A stretch of 64,000 nucleotides of DNA from Nemertoderma westbladi (GCA_032718475.1 JAUCBJ010008029.1:1-64000); one strand, 5' to 3'; positions 37,001 through 50,252 are shown, counted from the stretch's first letter. Program-made: numbers and translations. Notes: generated by a model not told the origin, from the letters alone.

Positions 37001-40000
37001 TTAACTCCATACAGACACAGTAGATGTACCCCAGGTAACTCCATACAGACACAGTATATAGTTGTACCCCAGGCTAACTCCATACAGACCAGACACAGGA
37101 GATGTACCCCAGGTAACTCCATACAGACACAGGAGATGTACCCCAGGCTAACTCCATACAGACACAGGAGATGTACCCCAGGTAACTCCATACAGACACA
37201 GTATATAGTACCCCAAGTAACTCCATACAGACACAGGAGATGTACCCCAGGTAACTCCATACAGACACAGTTTATAGTACCCCAAGTAACTCCATACAGA
37301 CACAGTAGATGTACCCCAGGTAACTCCATACAGACACAGTATATAGTTGTACCCCAGGCTAACTCCATACAGACCAGACACAGGAGATGTACCCCAGGTA
37401 ACTCCATACAGACACAGGAGATGTACCCCAGGCTAACTCCATATAGACACAGGAGATATACCCCAAGTAACTCCATACAGACACAGTAGATGTACCCCAG
37501 GCTAACTCCATACAGACACAGGAAATATACCCCAAGTAACTCCATACAGACACAGGAGATGTACCCCAGGTAACTCCACACAGACACAGGAGATGTACCC
37601 CAGGCTAACTCCATACAGACACAGTAGATGTACCCCAAGTAACTCCATATAGACACAGTAGATGTACCACAGGTAACTCCATATAGACACAGTAGATGTA
37701 CCACAGGTAACTCCATACAGACACAGGATATGTACCCCAGGCTAACTCCATACAGACACAGGAGATATACCCCAAGTAACTCCATATAGACACAGTAGAT
37801 GTACCCCAAGTAACTGCATACAGACACAGGAGATGTACCCCAGGCTAACTCCATACAGACACAGTATAAGTACCCAAGGCTAACTCCATACAGACACAGG
37901 AGATGTAACCCAGGTAACTCCATACAGACACATTATATATTACCCCAGGCTAACTCCATACAGACACAGGAGATGTACCCCAGGTAACTCCATACAGACA
38001 CAGGAGATGTACCCCAGGCTAACTCCATACAGACGCAGGAGATATACCCCAAGTAACTCCATATAGACACAGTAGATGTACCCCAGGCTAATTCCATACA
38101 GACACAGGAGATATACCCCAAGTAACTCCGTAGTCATAGGAGATGTACCCCAGTTAACTCCATACAGACACAGTAGATGTACCCCAGGTAACTCCATACA
38201 GACACAGGAGATGTACCCCAGGTAACTCCATACAGACACAGTAGATGTACCCCAGGCTAACTCCATACAGACACAGGAGATGTACCCCAAGTAACTCCAT
38301 ACAGACACAGGAGATGTACCCCAGGCTAACTCCATACAGACACAGGAGATGTACCCCAAGTAACTCCATACAGACACAGGAGATGTACCCCAGGTAACTC
38401 CATACAGACACACGAGATATACCCCAAGTAACTCCATACAGACATAGTAGATGTACCCCAGGCTAACTCCATACAGACACAGGAGATGTACCCCAAGCTA
38501 ACTCCATACAGACACAGAAGATATACCCCAAGTAACTCCATACAGACACAGTAGATTTACCCCAGGCTAACTCCATACAGACACAGGAGATGTACCCCAA
38601 GTAACTCCATACAGACACAGTAGATGTACCCCAGGCTAACTCCATACGGACACAGGAGATGTGCCCCAAGTAACTCCATACAATCACAGTAGATGTACCC
38701 CAGGCTAACTCCATACAGACACAGGAGATGTACCCCAGGCTAACTCCATACAGACACAGGAGATGTACCCCAGGCTAACTCCATACAGACACAAGAGATG
38801 TACCCCAGGTAACTCCATACAGACACAGGCGATGTACCCCAAGTAACTCCATACCGACACAGGAGATGTACCCCAGGTAACTCCATACAGACACAGGAGA
38901 TGTACCCCAGGCTAACTCCATACAGACACAGGAGATGTACCCCAAGTAACTCCATACAATCACAGTAGATGTACCCCAGGCTAACTCCATACAGACACAG
39001 TAGATGTACCCCAAGTAACTCCGTAGTCATAGGAGATGTACCCCAAGTAACTCCATACAGACACAGTAGATGTACCCGAGGTAACTCCATACAGTCATAG
39101 GAGATGTACCCCAGGTTAACTCAATAGGCCCTACAGACACAGTATATAGTAGTTAACTCCATACAGACACAGGAGATAGTATCCCAAGTAACTCCATACA
39201 GTCATAGATGTACCCCAGGCTAACTCCATACAGACACAGGAGATGTACCCCAGGTAACTCCATACAGACACAGGAGATGTACCCCAGGTAACTCCATACA
39301 GACACAGGAGATGTACCCCAGGCTAACTCTATACAGACACAGGAGATGTACCCCAAGTAACTCCATACAGATCACTGTAGATGTACCCCAGGCTAACTCC
39401 ATACAGACACAGGAGATGTACCCCAGGTAACTCCATACAGACACAGGAGATGTACCCCAGGCTAACACCATACAGACACAAGAGATGTACCCCAGGTAAC
39501 TCCATACAGACACAGGCGATGTACCCCAAGTAACTCCATACCGACACAGGAGATGTACCCCAGGTAACTCCATACAGACACAGGAGATGTACCCCAGGCT
39601 AACTCCATACAGACACAGGAGATGTACCCCAGGCTAACTCCATACAGACACAGTAGATGTACCCCAAGTAACTCCGTCAGTCATAGGAGATGTACCCCAA
39701 GTAACTCCATACAGACACAGTAGATGTACCCCAGGCTAACTCCATACAGTCATAGGAGATGTACCCCAGGTTAACTCAATAGGCCCTACAGACACAGTAT
39801 ATAGTCCCCAGTCTAACTCCATACAGACACAGGAGATAGTATCCCAAGTAACTCCATACACGTCATAGATGTACCCCAGGTTAACTCAATACAGACACAT
39901 AGTCCCCAGCTAACTCCATACAGGCACAGGAGATTGTATCCCAAGTAACTCCATACCGACACAGGAGATGTACCCCAGGTAACTCCATACAGACACAGGA

Positions 40001-40430
40001 GATGTACCCCAGGCTAACTCCATACAGACACAGGAGATGTACCCCAGGCTAACTCCATACAGACACAGTAGATGTACCCCAAGTAACTCCGTAGTCATAG
40101 GAGATGTACCCCAAGTAACTCCATACAGACACAGTAGATGTACCCCAGGTAACTCCATACAGTCATAGGAGATGTACCCCAGGTTAACTCAATAGGCCCT
40201 ACAGACACAGTATATAGTAGTTAACTCCATACAGACACAGGAGATAGTATCCCAAGTAACTCCATACAGTCATAGATGTACCCCAGGTTAACTCAATACA
40301 GACACATAGTAGCTAACTCCATACAGGCACAGGAGATTGTACCCCAAGTAACTCCATAGAGTCATAGGAGGTGTACCCCAGGGTAACTTCAATACAGACA
40401 CAGGAGATAGTAACCCATGCAAACTCAATA
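31090..40430. repeat. 34/35-bp satellite array, right part (more diverged toward the 3' end)
   Basis: Same monomer with shared diagnostic variants such as actgcata, cagtataagtacccaagg and aactcaataggccctac. Confidence 0.99.
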
Positions 40431-40553
40431 CATTTTACTATTAACACGTTGTGTGCCCATTACTCTGGTTCTACATCATGGAATTTTATAAAAAATTTCC
40501 AGAAGGGCGGAGTAGTATCGAGATACACCTGGAACCTAATAAAATTTAATATT

Positions 40554-40888
40554 ATAAGTAATTCAACAGGACTAAGGATGATCCAACTCTATAGCAAATG
40601 GAGCGGAAAAAATGAATTCACCACCAGCGGGGATCGAACCCGCGTCTCCCGATAAACGTTCAGGTATGCTAACCACTACACCACCTCCGTGGTGTAGTTG
40701 TATGCTAGCCACTACACCACCTCCGTGGTGTAGTGGTTAGCATACCTGAACGTTTATCGGGAGACGCGGGTTCGATCCCCGCTGGTGGCGAATTTATTTT
40801 TTCCGCTCCATTTGCTATAGAGTTGGATCATCCTTAGTCCTGTTTAATTACTTATAATTTATACAATCTATGGATGTTACACATATAC
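40554..40888. mobile_element. tRNA-derived retroposed element arranged as a long inverted repeat, with 16-bp TSD
   Basis: Arms 40551-40684 and about 40725-40858 are reverse complements. Each has A-box-like tagtggttag and B-box ggttcgatccc. Flanked by aataaaatttaatatt at 40538-40553 and 40889-40904. Confidence 0.8.
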
Positions 40889-40943
40889 AATAAAATTTAA
40901 TATTGTTTTTGTGTCAGTGTATGACAAGTAAATGACAGTAAAC

Positions 40944-41110
40944 GGCGGGGTAGCTCAGTTGGTTGAGCGCCGGGCCTGCAAAGAATTGGTTGTAGGTTCA
41001 GCCCCGCCAGGTCCACTCAGCCTTTCATCAACTGGGGTCGATAAAATGAGTACCAGTTAAATAACTGGGAGCAAATCTTAGGGTAGCAGCTATTGATATA
41101 GGAGCCTATG
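40944..41110 (+). mobile_element. tRNA-derived SINE with a conserved central domain (MetaSINE-like)
   Basis: tagctcagttggttgagcg (A box), ggttcagccc (degenerate B box), core gtccactcagcctttcatc..ggggtcgataaaatgagtaccag. Confidence 0.75.
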
Positions 41111-41504
41111 TATGTCTTGTCAGCCTTGTCATTGTATGGGGGTCACTTAATTGCACTTAAAAACCAAAAAATAGCACGTTTTCGAAGAAAATATTAGAAA
41201 TTCATTAATTGTTTTAGCAAAATTTCCGATATGGGGTTTTCCTTTTTACTGGTTTCATTTCTGATGTCAATTTTAATGTTTGACAGAATCTCGAACGTCT
41301 GTATGTCTGTCTCTATGTACGTTGGTCTGTCTTGACAGACATATGGACAGACAAGACAAATATATAGACATACTAGACTGAGTCAAATAGGATAACACCA
41401 GAAAAGAAATCAGCGAGCATAAAAACGATTTAAGAGTCCTATATTCGGACTGAGTGGACCTAAATTAGCTTAAAGGGGACCTAAGCTCGTAGTTAATTCG
41501 TCTT

Positions 41505-41775
41505 ATTACTTCGTGGGCGCTATTGAATTGAATTCATGAAAACAGCTATTATTATTAATCAATTGACACCTCGACTCCTCTCTGAGATTCCGACTACTCT
41601 ATCCGATAGAATAAAATAATCATTTCGCTAACTGCTCTCTATCTTCGATAATCACAATTTATAATTCATTAGATGACTACAACATAATAATTATAGTTTG
41701 AAGTTGTCTAGAAAATATCTCGTACACCACCGGGACTACCCTCACACGAATTTATCAAAAAAACAGGTAAACAAA
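41505..41775 (+). repeat. Dispersed repeat of about 270 bp, with an inverted partner at about 49005-49285
   Basis: Near-continuous reverse-complement match, e.g. aatcaattgacacctcgactcctctctgaga / tctcagagaggagtcgaggtgtcaattgatt. Confidence 0.85.
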
Positions 41776-42367
41776 GTCTTACACCCCACAAACCAACAAA
41801 AAACATTGAGTGGAATACAGTATTTTCAACTTATTTATCAAACAGAACAAAAAGGTTTGACTTGACTCGTACTGTCCCTTACTACTTGCTTTACGGCGGG
41901 CCGCTAGCTTTAGTAGTCTTGTGTAACAACCATCATTTTTTGGAACAGAACCGAATATGTTAAACAAAAAAACTTGTATCTGATTGTAGCAGTCTTGGAA
42001 ATAGTTATTGTGAACATTCCAGAGATTATTGTAGTTTACAAAATATTAGGGTTGCAATCAGCCGAAACAAATGTAATCCAGTCTTAATGCGTACTTACGT
42101 CATGAATATATTTAAAACAGATGTTACAAATTGTAATTTAGAAATATGATTAGTTAATTATTTGGAACGAATTCCATCCTACTGATAATAATTGACGTTG
42201 TAATTTTTACCATTACGGAATTGCAGATGTTACAGGTACTAATCAAAAGACAAATAATTGAAATATTTAATTATTTCAAATTTTTTTATATATAAGACGC
42301 GCCGAAAAGTGTAAAAATATTTTCCAGTCTTATAATTCACTCCTTTGCATTGTAAATAGAAAATTAT

Positions 42368-42474
42368 TTGTAAACAATTAAAGGAAGAAGAAAAATCGAA
42401 GACCAGATAAATTTTTCCATAAAAAAAAAATTTATCTGGTCTTCGATTTTTCTTCTTCCTTTAATTGTTTACAA
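42368..42474. repeat. Perfect hairpin with arms of about 49 bp
   Basis: ttgtaaacaattaaaggaagaagaaaaatcgaagaccagataaattttt ... aaaaatttatctggtcttcgatttttcttcttcctttaattgtttacaa. Confidence 0.93.
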
Positions 42475-42543
42475 GACCAGTCCAGTCTACTGCTGGACAG
42501 CGCGTAACATAACAGTCACACTTACACTACGCTAGTACCGGTA

Positions 42544-42756
42544 ATATATACCTAGTCTCTAACTGTGTTTCTCTCGTTTTGAATTTCCCTCGACCACTCA
42601 AACTCCAAAGTGAAACACAGTTAGAGACTAGGTATATAATATATATACAGTTAGAGACTAGGTATATAATATATATACAGTTAGAGACTAGGTATATAAT
42701 ATATACCTAGTCTCTAACTGTGTTTCTCTCGTTTTGATTTCCCTCGACCACTCAAT
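42544..42756. repeat. Complex of alternating inverted and direct copies of a 25-60 bp unit
   Basis: tatatacctagtctctaactgtgtttc and its reverse complement alternate across the segment. Confidence 0.85.
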
Positions 42757-43037
42757 CTTATTACTCATTACTCATTACTCCTTACAAACTCATTACCGGT
42801 ACTACAATATATATACTACAATAAGGTGAGTTGGTGATAAATCCAAGAGCAGCTAATCCGATACTGTTGAAAATCCAAATGCAGCTCCAGTTATTTGTGC
42901 TCAAATAGCACATATAACCCTGCTAAAATCCATACCGGTAATGTTTGCAGAAAACACCCGCTACAAAGGGAAATCTAAATATTTTAATTGATAATTTTCT
43001 ACAACTTTCTGGCAATAATGTGAGATTACTCGCTTAA

Positions 43038-44616
43038 CCCTATTAAACCCGGGGGGGGGGGGGGGGGGGGGGGGTCAATACAATATGACCCCCCCCCCGT
43101 GGTTTTTTTATTATAATTCTGAAACAAACGCAGTTGGGAATCTGAAATTTTATGACTTTTCCTAAAAATCTATTGTCTTCATGGTAGTGAAAACCGTTTT
43201 CAAAAATATTGGGTACTTTTCAAGTTATAGCACCATTTTTTAACCCTACTTTTGGCACTTTTTTTGAGACGTTTTTTGAAAATTACATTTCATTAAATAT
43301 GAATTGTAACATCTCTACTTTTGATTTACACCGGTTTTTTGGTGTTAGAAATTGGATGGAATTCATATAAATTGATTTAGAAATTTCAAACTTGTTTTTT
43401 TCGATAGGTGCCAAATTTTGGTGCCAGCACCAAAATTTGAAATAAATCAATTTTGTAAATTGATTGTTTGAAACTTGTTTTTTACGCAATTGGGGTTTGT
43501 TGGGGTTCTGGATTCGATGAAATATATACGAATTGCACCAAGCGTATCAAACTTGTATTTTTCGGTGCTGTGTGCAAATTTTGGTGCTAGCACGAAATTT
43601 TGAAAATCCATTCAATAGATAAAATTGCTTGTGACAATTTATTTCTTGCGTTTTAGAGGTTTATGGCTGTTCTGAATTCAATGGAAAATATAATTATCGA
43701 ACTAGACATCTCAAACTTGTATTTTTCGGATGTGGGTGAAAAATGTGGTGCTAGCACCAAATTTTGAAAACCATCAAATATATCAATTGATTGTGTCACC
43801 TTGTTTCTTGCGTTATGCGGGTTTGTGATGGTTCTGAATTCAATGGAATCAGTAAAAATTTCATAAGAGTTCTCAAACTTGTATTTTTCGCCGGTTTTTG
43901 AAAATTGTTGTGCCAGCTCCAAATTTTGGAAAATATGCAAATTGATAAGTAGATAGTATCACCTTGTTTCTTGCGTTATACGGGTTTATGAGGGTCCTGA
44001 ATCCGATGGAATCAATAAAAACAGCACTGGACATCGCAAACGTGTACTTTTTGGTGATGGGTACGAAATTTGGTGCTAGCACCAAAATTTGCCAAATTAC
44101 GCCGAAAAATACAAGTAGGAATGATCTGGCATATTAGAAATGTATTCCATTAGAATCAGCGCCCTCGAAAACCTGAGAATGTGAATTTATAGCATCGTAT
44201 AAGTGAATTAAAAATTTTGTGTTCTAACTGAAAAGTGCTGGTTACTTGTTTTTTTCATTTTTTTCCTACGCAGAGAGGACTAAACGCCATTTATAGTAAT
44301 CATATCATTTTGTTATTTTTTCCAATGTATTTTGCACCCCAGAAAACCTGTATTGAAAAATAATTAGCCGAAAATGTAACTTTCAAATTTTGTGAAAATT
44401 GTGCACTACTTGTAATTTTGGTGCTGCAATATAACCACCCCAGTACATTATTTCGAAAATTTTTTTTTTCGGTCGGATCCAGACAAGTGATACCTACGTA
44501 CAAACAAAAAATCAGACGTTTTCGTAAATATTTGTAGATTTTAGAGGGGGGGTTCAATATGACCCCCCCCCCCCCCCGGTATTTGTACAACATTTTATAG
44601 CCCGGTACTAATAGGG
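43038..44616. mobile_element. Non-autonomous piggyBac-type element with internal degenerate tandem repeats of about 160 bp
   Basis: ttaa|ccctattaaacccggg ... cccggtactaataggg|ttaa, giving a TTAA TSD. Repeated aaacttgtatttttcgg..ggtgctagcaccaaattttg units inside. Confidence 0.9.
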
Positions 44617-44936
44617 TTAAATAATTTATTTTACAACAACCCAGTAATCCATTTGGAATCTCGACTCGATCCGATCTGCAGTGTAATTCAAATAGTGGCG
44701 AGGACCAAAACAATATTACGTAATTTTATCCGAAAATATTCTAGAATGAAACCGTTTTATAGTTTTGCAATGTAAAAATGTATGTTTCTAGTAAGGGGGT
44801 TTTGGTATAGATGATCAAAATTAATGTTTATCACCCTTTGGCTTTTGTTTGACGCAAGTATCGTTGTTCATCATGCAGCATATAAGGGAAAAAGGGTACA
44901 CCTTGGCTTCGCTATACAAATGTACCTGTAGGAATT

Positions 44937-46470
44937 GTGAAATGCCCAGCTAAAGAGCAATACATTTTTGATTACAGTAACTTTAACCAACAAAAATTTA
45001 TAGAGGAACTGGCTCTCCCATCCACTTGGACATATAATAACACAGACAAAACACTAGACAACAAATTCACCGCCTTCTATAACGATTTTGACTCTGTATG
45101 TAGAAAACATTTACCTCAAGTAAAACTAGATACCCACCACACCCCACGTAAGCCATGGATATCCCAAACTCTTATAAACTCAACCATTAAAAAAAACAAA
45201 ATGTATGCATCATTAATGTCCCATCCTACACAAGAAAAACTAAATAAATATAAACAATACCGCAACATTCTTACCCTATCACTCCGTATAGCCGAAAAAA
45301 ATTACTACGCAAAACAATTCGAAAATAACGCACATAGCACTAGGAAAACATGGAAAACAATTAATACAGCACTGCATAGAAACAAAAAACTAACTTCCCC
45401 AAAAAACTAACGGTTGAATCTGCAAACGGCAAAATTGAAGTAACCAGTCAGTGCGACATAGCGAACATTTTTAACACACACTTCGCCTCAATTGGCCCGC
45501 AGTTAGCAGATAAAATTCCAATATCTACCCGGTCCCCTACCCGTCATATAACCCACCGCCAAATGATCTCCTCCGCATTAATGGAAACATCCCAAGCAGA
45601 AATAATATACTACATACTGGATCTTAGTAACACTACTTCAACCTACGATTACTTCCCTGTAAAACTAGTAAAAGCAGCAGCCTATGACATCGCACTCCAT
45701 TTAACATATTTATTTAGTCAATGATTCCATACGTCATGCTTACTTTACCAACATAGGCCTACTGAAACAAGCTAAGATTACACCAATTTACAAAAACGGA
45801 GATCCTACAGACAAAAACAATTATAGACCCATATCCATCTTACCACTTTTTAGCAAATTGTATGAACGAGTTATATATAAACAGCCAACTTTTAACCTAC
45901 CTCAACAAATACTGTATACTAACATCTTCACAATATGGATTTAGGAAATCAATAACTACCATTGACGCAATATTCACTTCACAGTAACCCAAACCATACA
46001 ACAATCTCTCGACAACTATAACTCCTCTTGCTTAATCGCTCTCGACTTTCGACACAATAAACCACGACATCTTGATCCAAAAACTGAGCTGTTACGGTAT
46101 CCGTGGACTCCCTCTCAAATTAATCTCCAGTTTTCTTTCAGATAGATCCCACGTTGTGTCAATTGACGGTAACCTCTCAAATCATACTACTGCCCCCTGC
46201 GGCCTTGCCCAAGGAAGCCTCCTCTCCCCGCTATTATTCTTATTATACATAAATGACTTACCCAAGTGCACATAACTACTAACTGCTCTGTTTGCAGATG
46301 ACACCACTCTCCTATACAACCACAATAACCTGGAAACTTTAATATCAACCGTAAACTCAGAACTTCTTAAAATAGATGACTGGCTTACTGATAACAAACT
46401 GTCCCTCAACTTAACTAAAACCGAATACCTAATATTTACGAACAAAAATTGCGGTTCTCTCCCTAGTGTA
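44937..46470 (+). pseudogene. Degraded CR1/L2-group LINE ORF2 (RT) fragment
   Basis: KPWISQTL, NYRPISILPLFSKLYERVIY, QYGFRK, GLAQGSLLSPLLFLLYINDLP, LFADDTTL, LSLNLTKTEYLIF across several frames with stops. Confidence 0.9.
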
Positions 46471-46744
46471 ATACCGTTCTATTCTAGTAAACCGAAACTT
46501 GGTATATATATTAATTTGTCAACGCCAAGCTGATCAGGGCATGAATGAATAAAGCAAAATAAAACCCAATGAACCCTCACAAAGAAGCTCACAAACTAGG
46601 GCGCTAATCCTGTAGTAACCACCTCCCGAACCTCCCTTATTTGGCTTAGCACAACGCACAATGTTTAGCTCGGCGTCTACACTTCACCAATTACCCCTGC
46701 CACCTGCTGCCGTGTCATCAGTCATGATTGACCTCATGTCCATG

Positions 46745-47500
46745 AACTAAATGTTGTAATTAAGGGAAAGGAGCAGGTTACAGTGGCGGTGATTTCTAAC
46801 CGAAACAATAAACGAAACTAATTTTCGTAATTAAAGGGAAAGGAGCAGGTTACAGTGGCGGTGATTTCTAACCGAAACAATAAACGAAACTAAATGTTGT
46901 AATTAAGGGAAAGGAGCAGGTTACAGTGGCGGTGATTTCTAACCGAAACAATAAACGAAACTAAATGTTGTAATTAAGGGAAAGGAGCAGGTTACAGTGG
47001 CCGTGATTTCTAACCGAAACAATAAACGAAACTAAATTTAGTAATTAAGGGAAAGGAGCAGGTTACAGTGGCGGTGATTTCTAACCGAAACAATAAACGA
47101 AACTAAATGTTGTAATTAAGGGAAAGGAGCAGGTTACAGTGGCCGTGATTTCTAACCGAAACAATAAACGAAACTAAATTTAGTAATTAAGGGAAAGGAG
47201 CAGGTTACAGTGGCGGTGATTTCTAACCGAAACAATAAACGAAACTAAATGTTGTAATTAAGGGAAAGGAGCAGGTTACAGTGGCGGTGATTTCTAACCG
47301 AAACAATAAACGAAACTAAATGTTGTAATTAAGGGAAAGGAGCAGGTTACAGTGACGGTGTATTCTAATCAAAACTATAAACGAAACTAGATTTCGTAAT
47401 TAAGGATGAAATTCGATTTGGTAATTAAGGGCAAAGTTCGGGTTACAGTGACGGTGTTTTCTAAACAAAATAATAAACGAAACTAGATTTCGTAATTAAG
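46745..47500. repeat. 71-bp tandem repeat, about 10 copies
   Basis: gaaactaaatgttgtaattaagggaaaggagcaggttacagtggcggtgatttctaaccgaaacaataaac, period 46886 to 46957. Confidence 0.96.
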
Positions 47501-47682
47501 GAAAACCAACGAAAAATATAAGTGTATAATATTAATAATTAATGTACCGGTATTAATATCCTATATCTATTTATATAAGTCTATATGCTGATAGGGCAGC
47601 GCAGTACGTTGATCCTACTTGGGGCGAGTCGTCGAGTCGCAAGTCGTCTAAAGGTTTTATTATTAGTGGCCACCACAATGGC

Positions 47683-48497
47683 CAGCCCTCCCAGCCAAAA
47701 AAATCGATGGAAAAAAGGAAAAAAGGAAATTATATTTTCAAAGAAAAAGGAAAAAAAGGATAGGATGCAGTTCAAAAAAAGGACATAACGGATCGGATAC
47801 GGTTCAAAAAAATGGAAAAACTGAACTGATATTATCTTTAAAAAAAGGATAGTAAACATTATATTTCATTAACCTTATATAGGCCTATTAAGAAACGTCA
47901 CTGTATGTTTCTAATTGTCACCTTTTTGCCTAGTTATCAGAGATGGTTGAGTTCGGACTATTGATGGTCATTGATAGAGGTTCATCAAACGCTTGTAAAT
48001 AGAACTTTAGTTTGAAAGAAATATAGGGCCTAAAAACTTTGATCGGGATTTCCGGTCGTGGCTACATTTAAATAAATAACAAAAATACTTTTAGAATCAA
48101 TCAAAATTCATCCATCTCCAGGGGAAAACGGATGCAAATAATAGCTGATTACGAGCAAAAATGAAACTATAACCGTGTTATAGGCTCTACTTTATTGTTT
48201 GGTTAGAATAGACTGCCACTGCAACCTGTTCCTTTCCATAAATTGAAAAACGACAATATTAATTCACCAAGGCGGGTTTTGTGTCAATAATAATAATAAT
48301 AATAATTGTCAATATCATCAGCAAGCTGAAGTTGATCTTCTAAACCAAAAAATGTGACAAATGTGTGAAATTGTGTGAAAAAAGTGTAAAAATGGACAAA
48401 AAAAGGATAAAATGAAACGTTCTAAAAAAAAGGAAAAAAAGAAAACGTTCTAAAATAAAGGGAAAAAAAAGGAAAAAAGGAAACTCTGGGAGGCCTG
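47683..48497. mobile_element. hAT-like MITE (CAG ends, aaaaaagg subterminal repeats)
   Basis: cagccctcccag ... ctgggaggcctg. No convincing TSD. Confidence 0.5.
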
Positions 48498-49004
48498 AAA
48501 GGCTTATTGGGTGGCGTATTGCTTTTGGGATTTCGAAGTGCCTGTTTGTTATTTATTTTTCCTAGGGAAAAAGTACTAATTTTGTCCCGATTTTGGGGTA
48601 TGTTCGAGGAAAAAAGTAACAATTCTTAAATTAATTGTTACTTTTTGGCTCGAATATACCCTAAAATCTGGACAAAAAGTAGGACAACAAATAGGATACA
48701 ATACAGAAAATACAGTTAACTGAGTTCATAATATGAAAACCGCGTTTTATGAGTAGCTTTAGGCAGAAAGCAACGTAATAGAGTAATTTTCGAAGCAAAA
48801 CAATCATATTTTCTAATGAAATCATTTGCTGTCAATTAAAACAACGTTGTGTCTAAAAATTAAATGCTCATAATCTGCTTACATCATAATGTCCCGCACT
48901 TTACACTGAACACCATATTTTGTTTGTACAGGATAGACATATTACTAGAGACAGACCTAGCGGCCCGTGAAGCAAGTCGTACGATCGTAGGAGACAGTCA
49001 AGTA

Positions 49005-49285
49005 AAAGCTTTTTGTTCTGTCTGATAATAAATTAGTGTGAGGGTAGTCGCGGTGGTGTACGATAAATTTTCTAGACAACTTCAAACTATAATTTTTATG
49101 TTGTCATCATCTAATGAATTATAAAAGCTGTTGTGATTATAGAAGATAGAGAGCAGTTAGCGATATTATTATTTTATTCTATCGGATAGAGTAGTCTGAG
49201 TCTCAGAGAGGAGTCGAGGTGTCAATTGATTAATAATAATAACAGCAGTTGTCATGAATTCAATACAATCGCGCACAAGAAGTGA
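49005..49285 (-). repeat. Inverted copy of the 41505-41775 repeat
   Basis: Reverse-complement match to 41505-41775. Confidence 0.85.
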
Positions 49286-49866
49286 TACAAATAAAACAAG
49301 TTGAGATGTTTCAATGTAAACCGCGATTATCACTTTACACTGTTCAATGTAAACCACGATATTAATTAAATACAACAATTATATTATTATTATTATAACA
49401 GGGTTTTATATTTCAAACAATAATGTTAGGGAGAATCATTACGAGGCGGAGTAAACATTCAGCCCTATAAGTATACAGCCTCCGCAGTATTAATGTTGGC
49501 ACAAACATTTCAAAATAAAACAATAATTCGATAAGAGCATAGTACAATACACTGTCTAGCATAACTTAAACAACAGTCATAACTTAAACAACAGTCATAG
49601 CTTAAATAACAGTCATTTAGCTTGCACGCCAATTAAATAACAATGGGAAGAGTTATTCAGCTGAGACTGTAATAGCCAGCTAAACCAATTAATGTTTGCT
49701 TACAGTATGGGTTGTAGAGTAGAGTGATAATACTTGGCACAGAAAGTACTTATTTGTTAGTTGGCCTTCCTATTGAATGCATTACCAGGCAATCTCTATA
49801 TATTTTTCATGAGTGCCAGCTGATGGTGTTTTTATCATTGCGCCAATGGCAATTTTCGTGGCAATT

Positions 49867-50252
49867 CAGTAGCCAGTAGTCAGTAGTCAGTAGCCAGTAG
49901 CCAGTAGTAAGTAGCCAGTAGTCAGTAGCTAGTAGTCAATAGCTAGTAGTCAGTAGCCAGTAGTCAGTAGGCAGTAGCTAGTAGTCAGTAGCCAGTAGTC
50001 AGTAGCCAGTAGTCAGTAGTCAGTAGCCAGTAGTCAGTAGCCAGTAGTCAGTAGCCAGTAGTCAGTAGCCAGTAGTCAGTAGCTAGTAGTCAGTAGCCAG
50101 TAGCCAGTAGTCAGTAGCCAGTAGTCAGTAGCTAGTAGTCAGTAGCCTGTAGTCAGTAGTCAGTAGCTAGTAGTCAGTAGCTAGTAGTCAGTAGCCTGTA
50201 GTCAGTAGTCAGTAGCTAGTAGTCAGTAGCCTGTAGTCAGTAGTCAGTAGCC
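49867..50252. repeat. 7-bp microsatellite (cagtagt / cagtagc)n
   Basis: Directly visible. Confidence 0.97.

Noticed and set aside
22771-40158. Dozens of ORFs (MELPGVHLLCLYGV..., MSVWSYLGYISCVC...) in the 34/35-bp array
   Set aside because: They are translations of the satellite in rotating frames. The monomer length is not a multiple of three and there are no domain features.
40717-40790. Functional tRNA gene with a GTT anticodon
   Set aside because: The anticodon loop lacks the conserved U33, the acceptor stem pairs poorly, and the unit lies in an inverted duplication with a TSD.
41780-42110. Hydrophobic peptide fragments suggesting a decayed membrane-protein gene
   Set aside because: Requires frameshifts and has no identifiable family motif; too weak to call.
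44800-44930. Possible minus-strand terminal exon (VHLYSEAKVYPFSLICCMMNND...)
   Set aside because: The acceptor is plausible, but no compatible upstream exon or homology was recognised.
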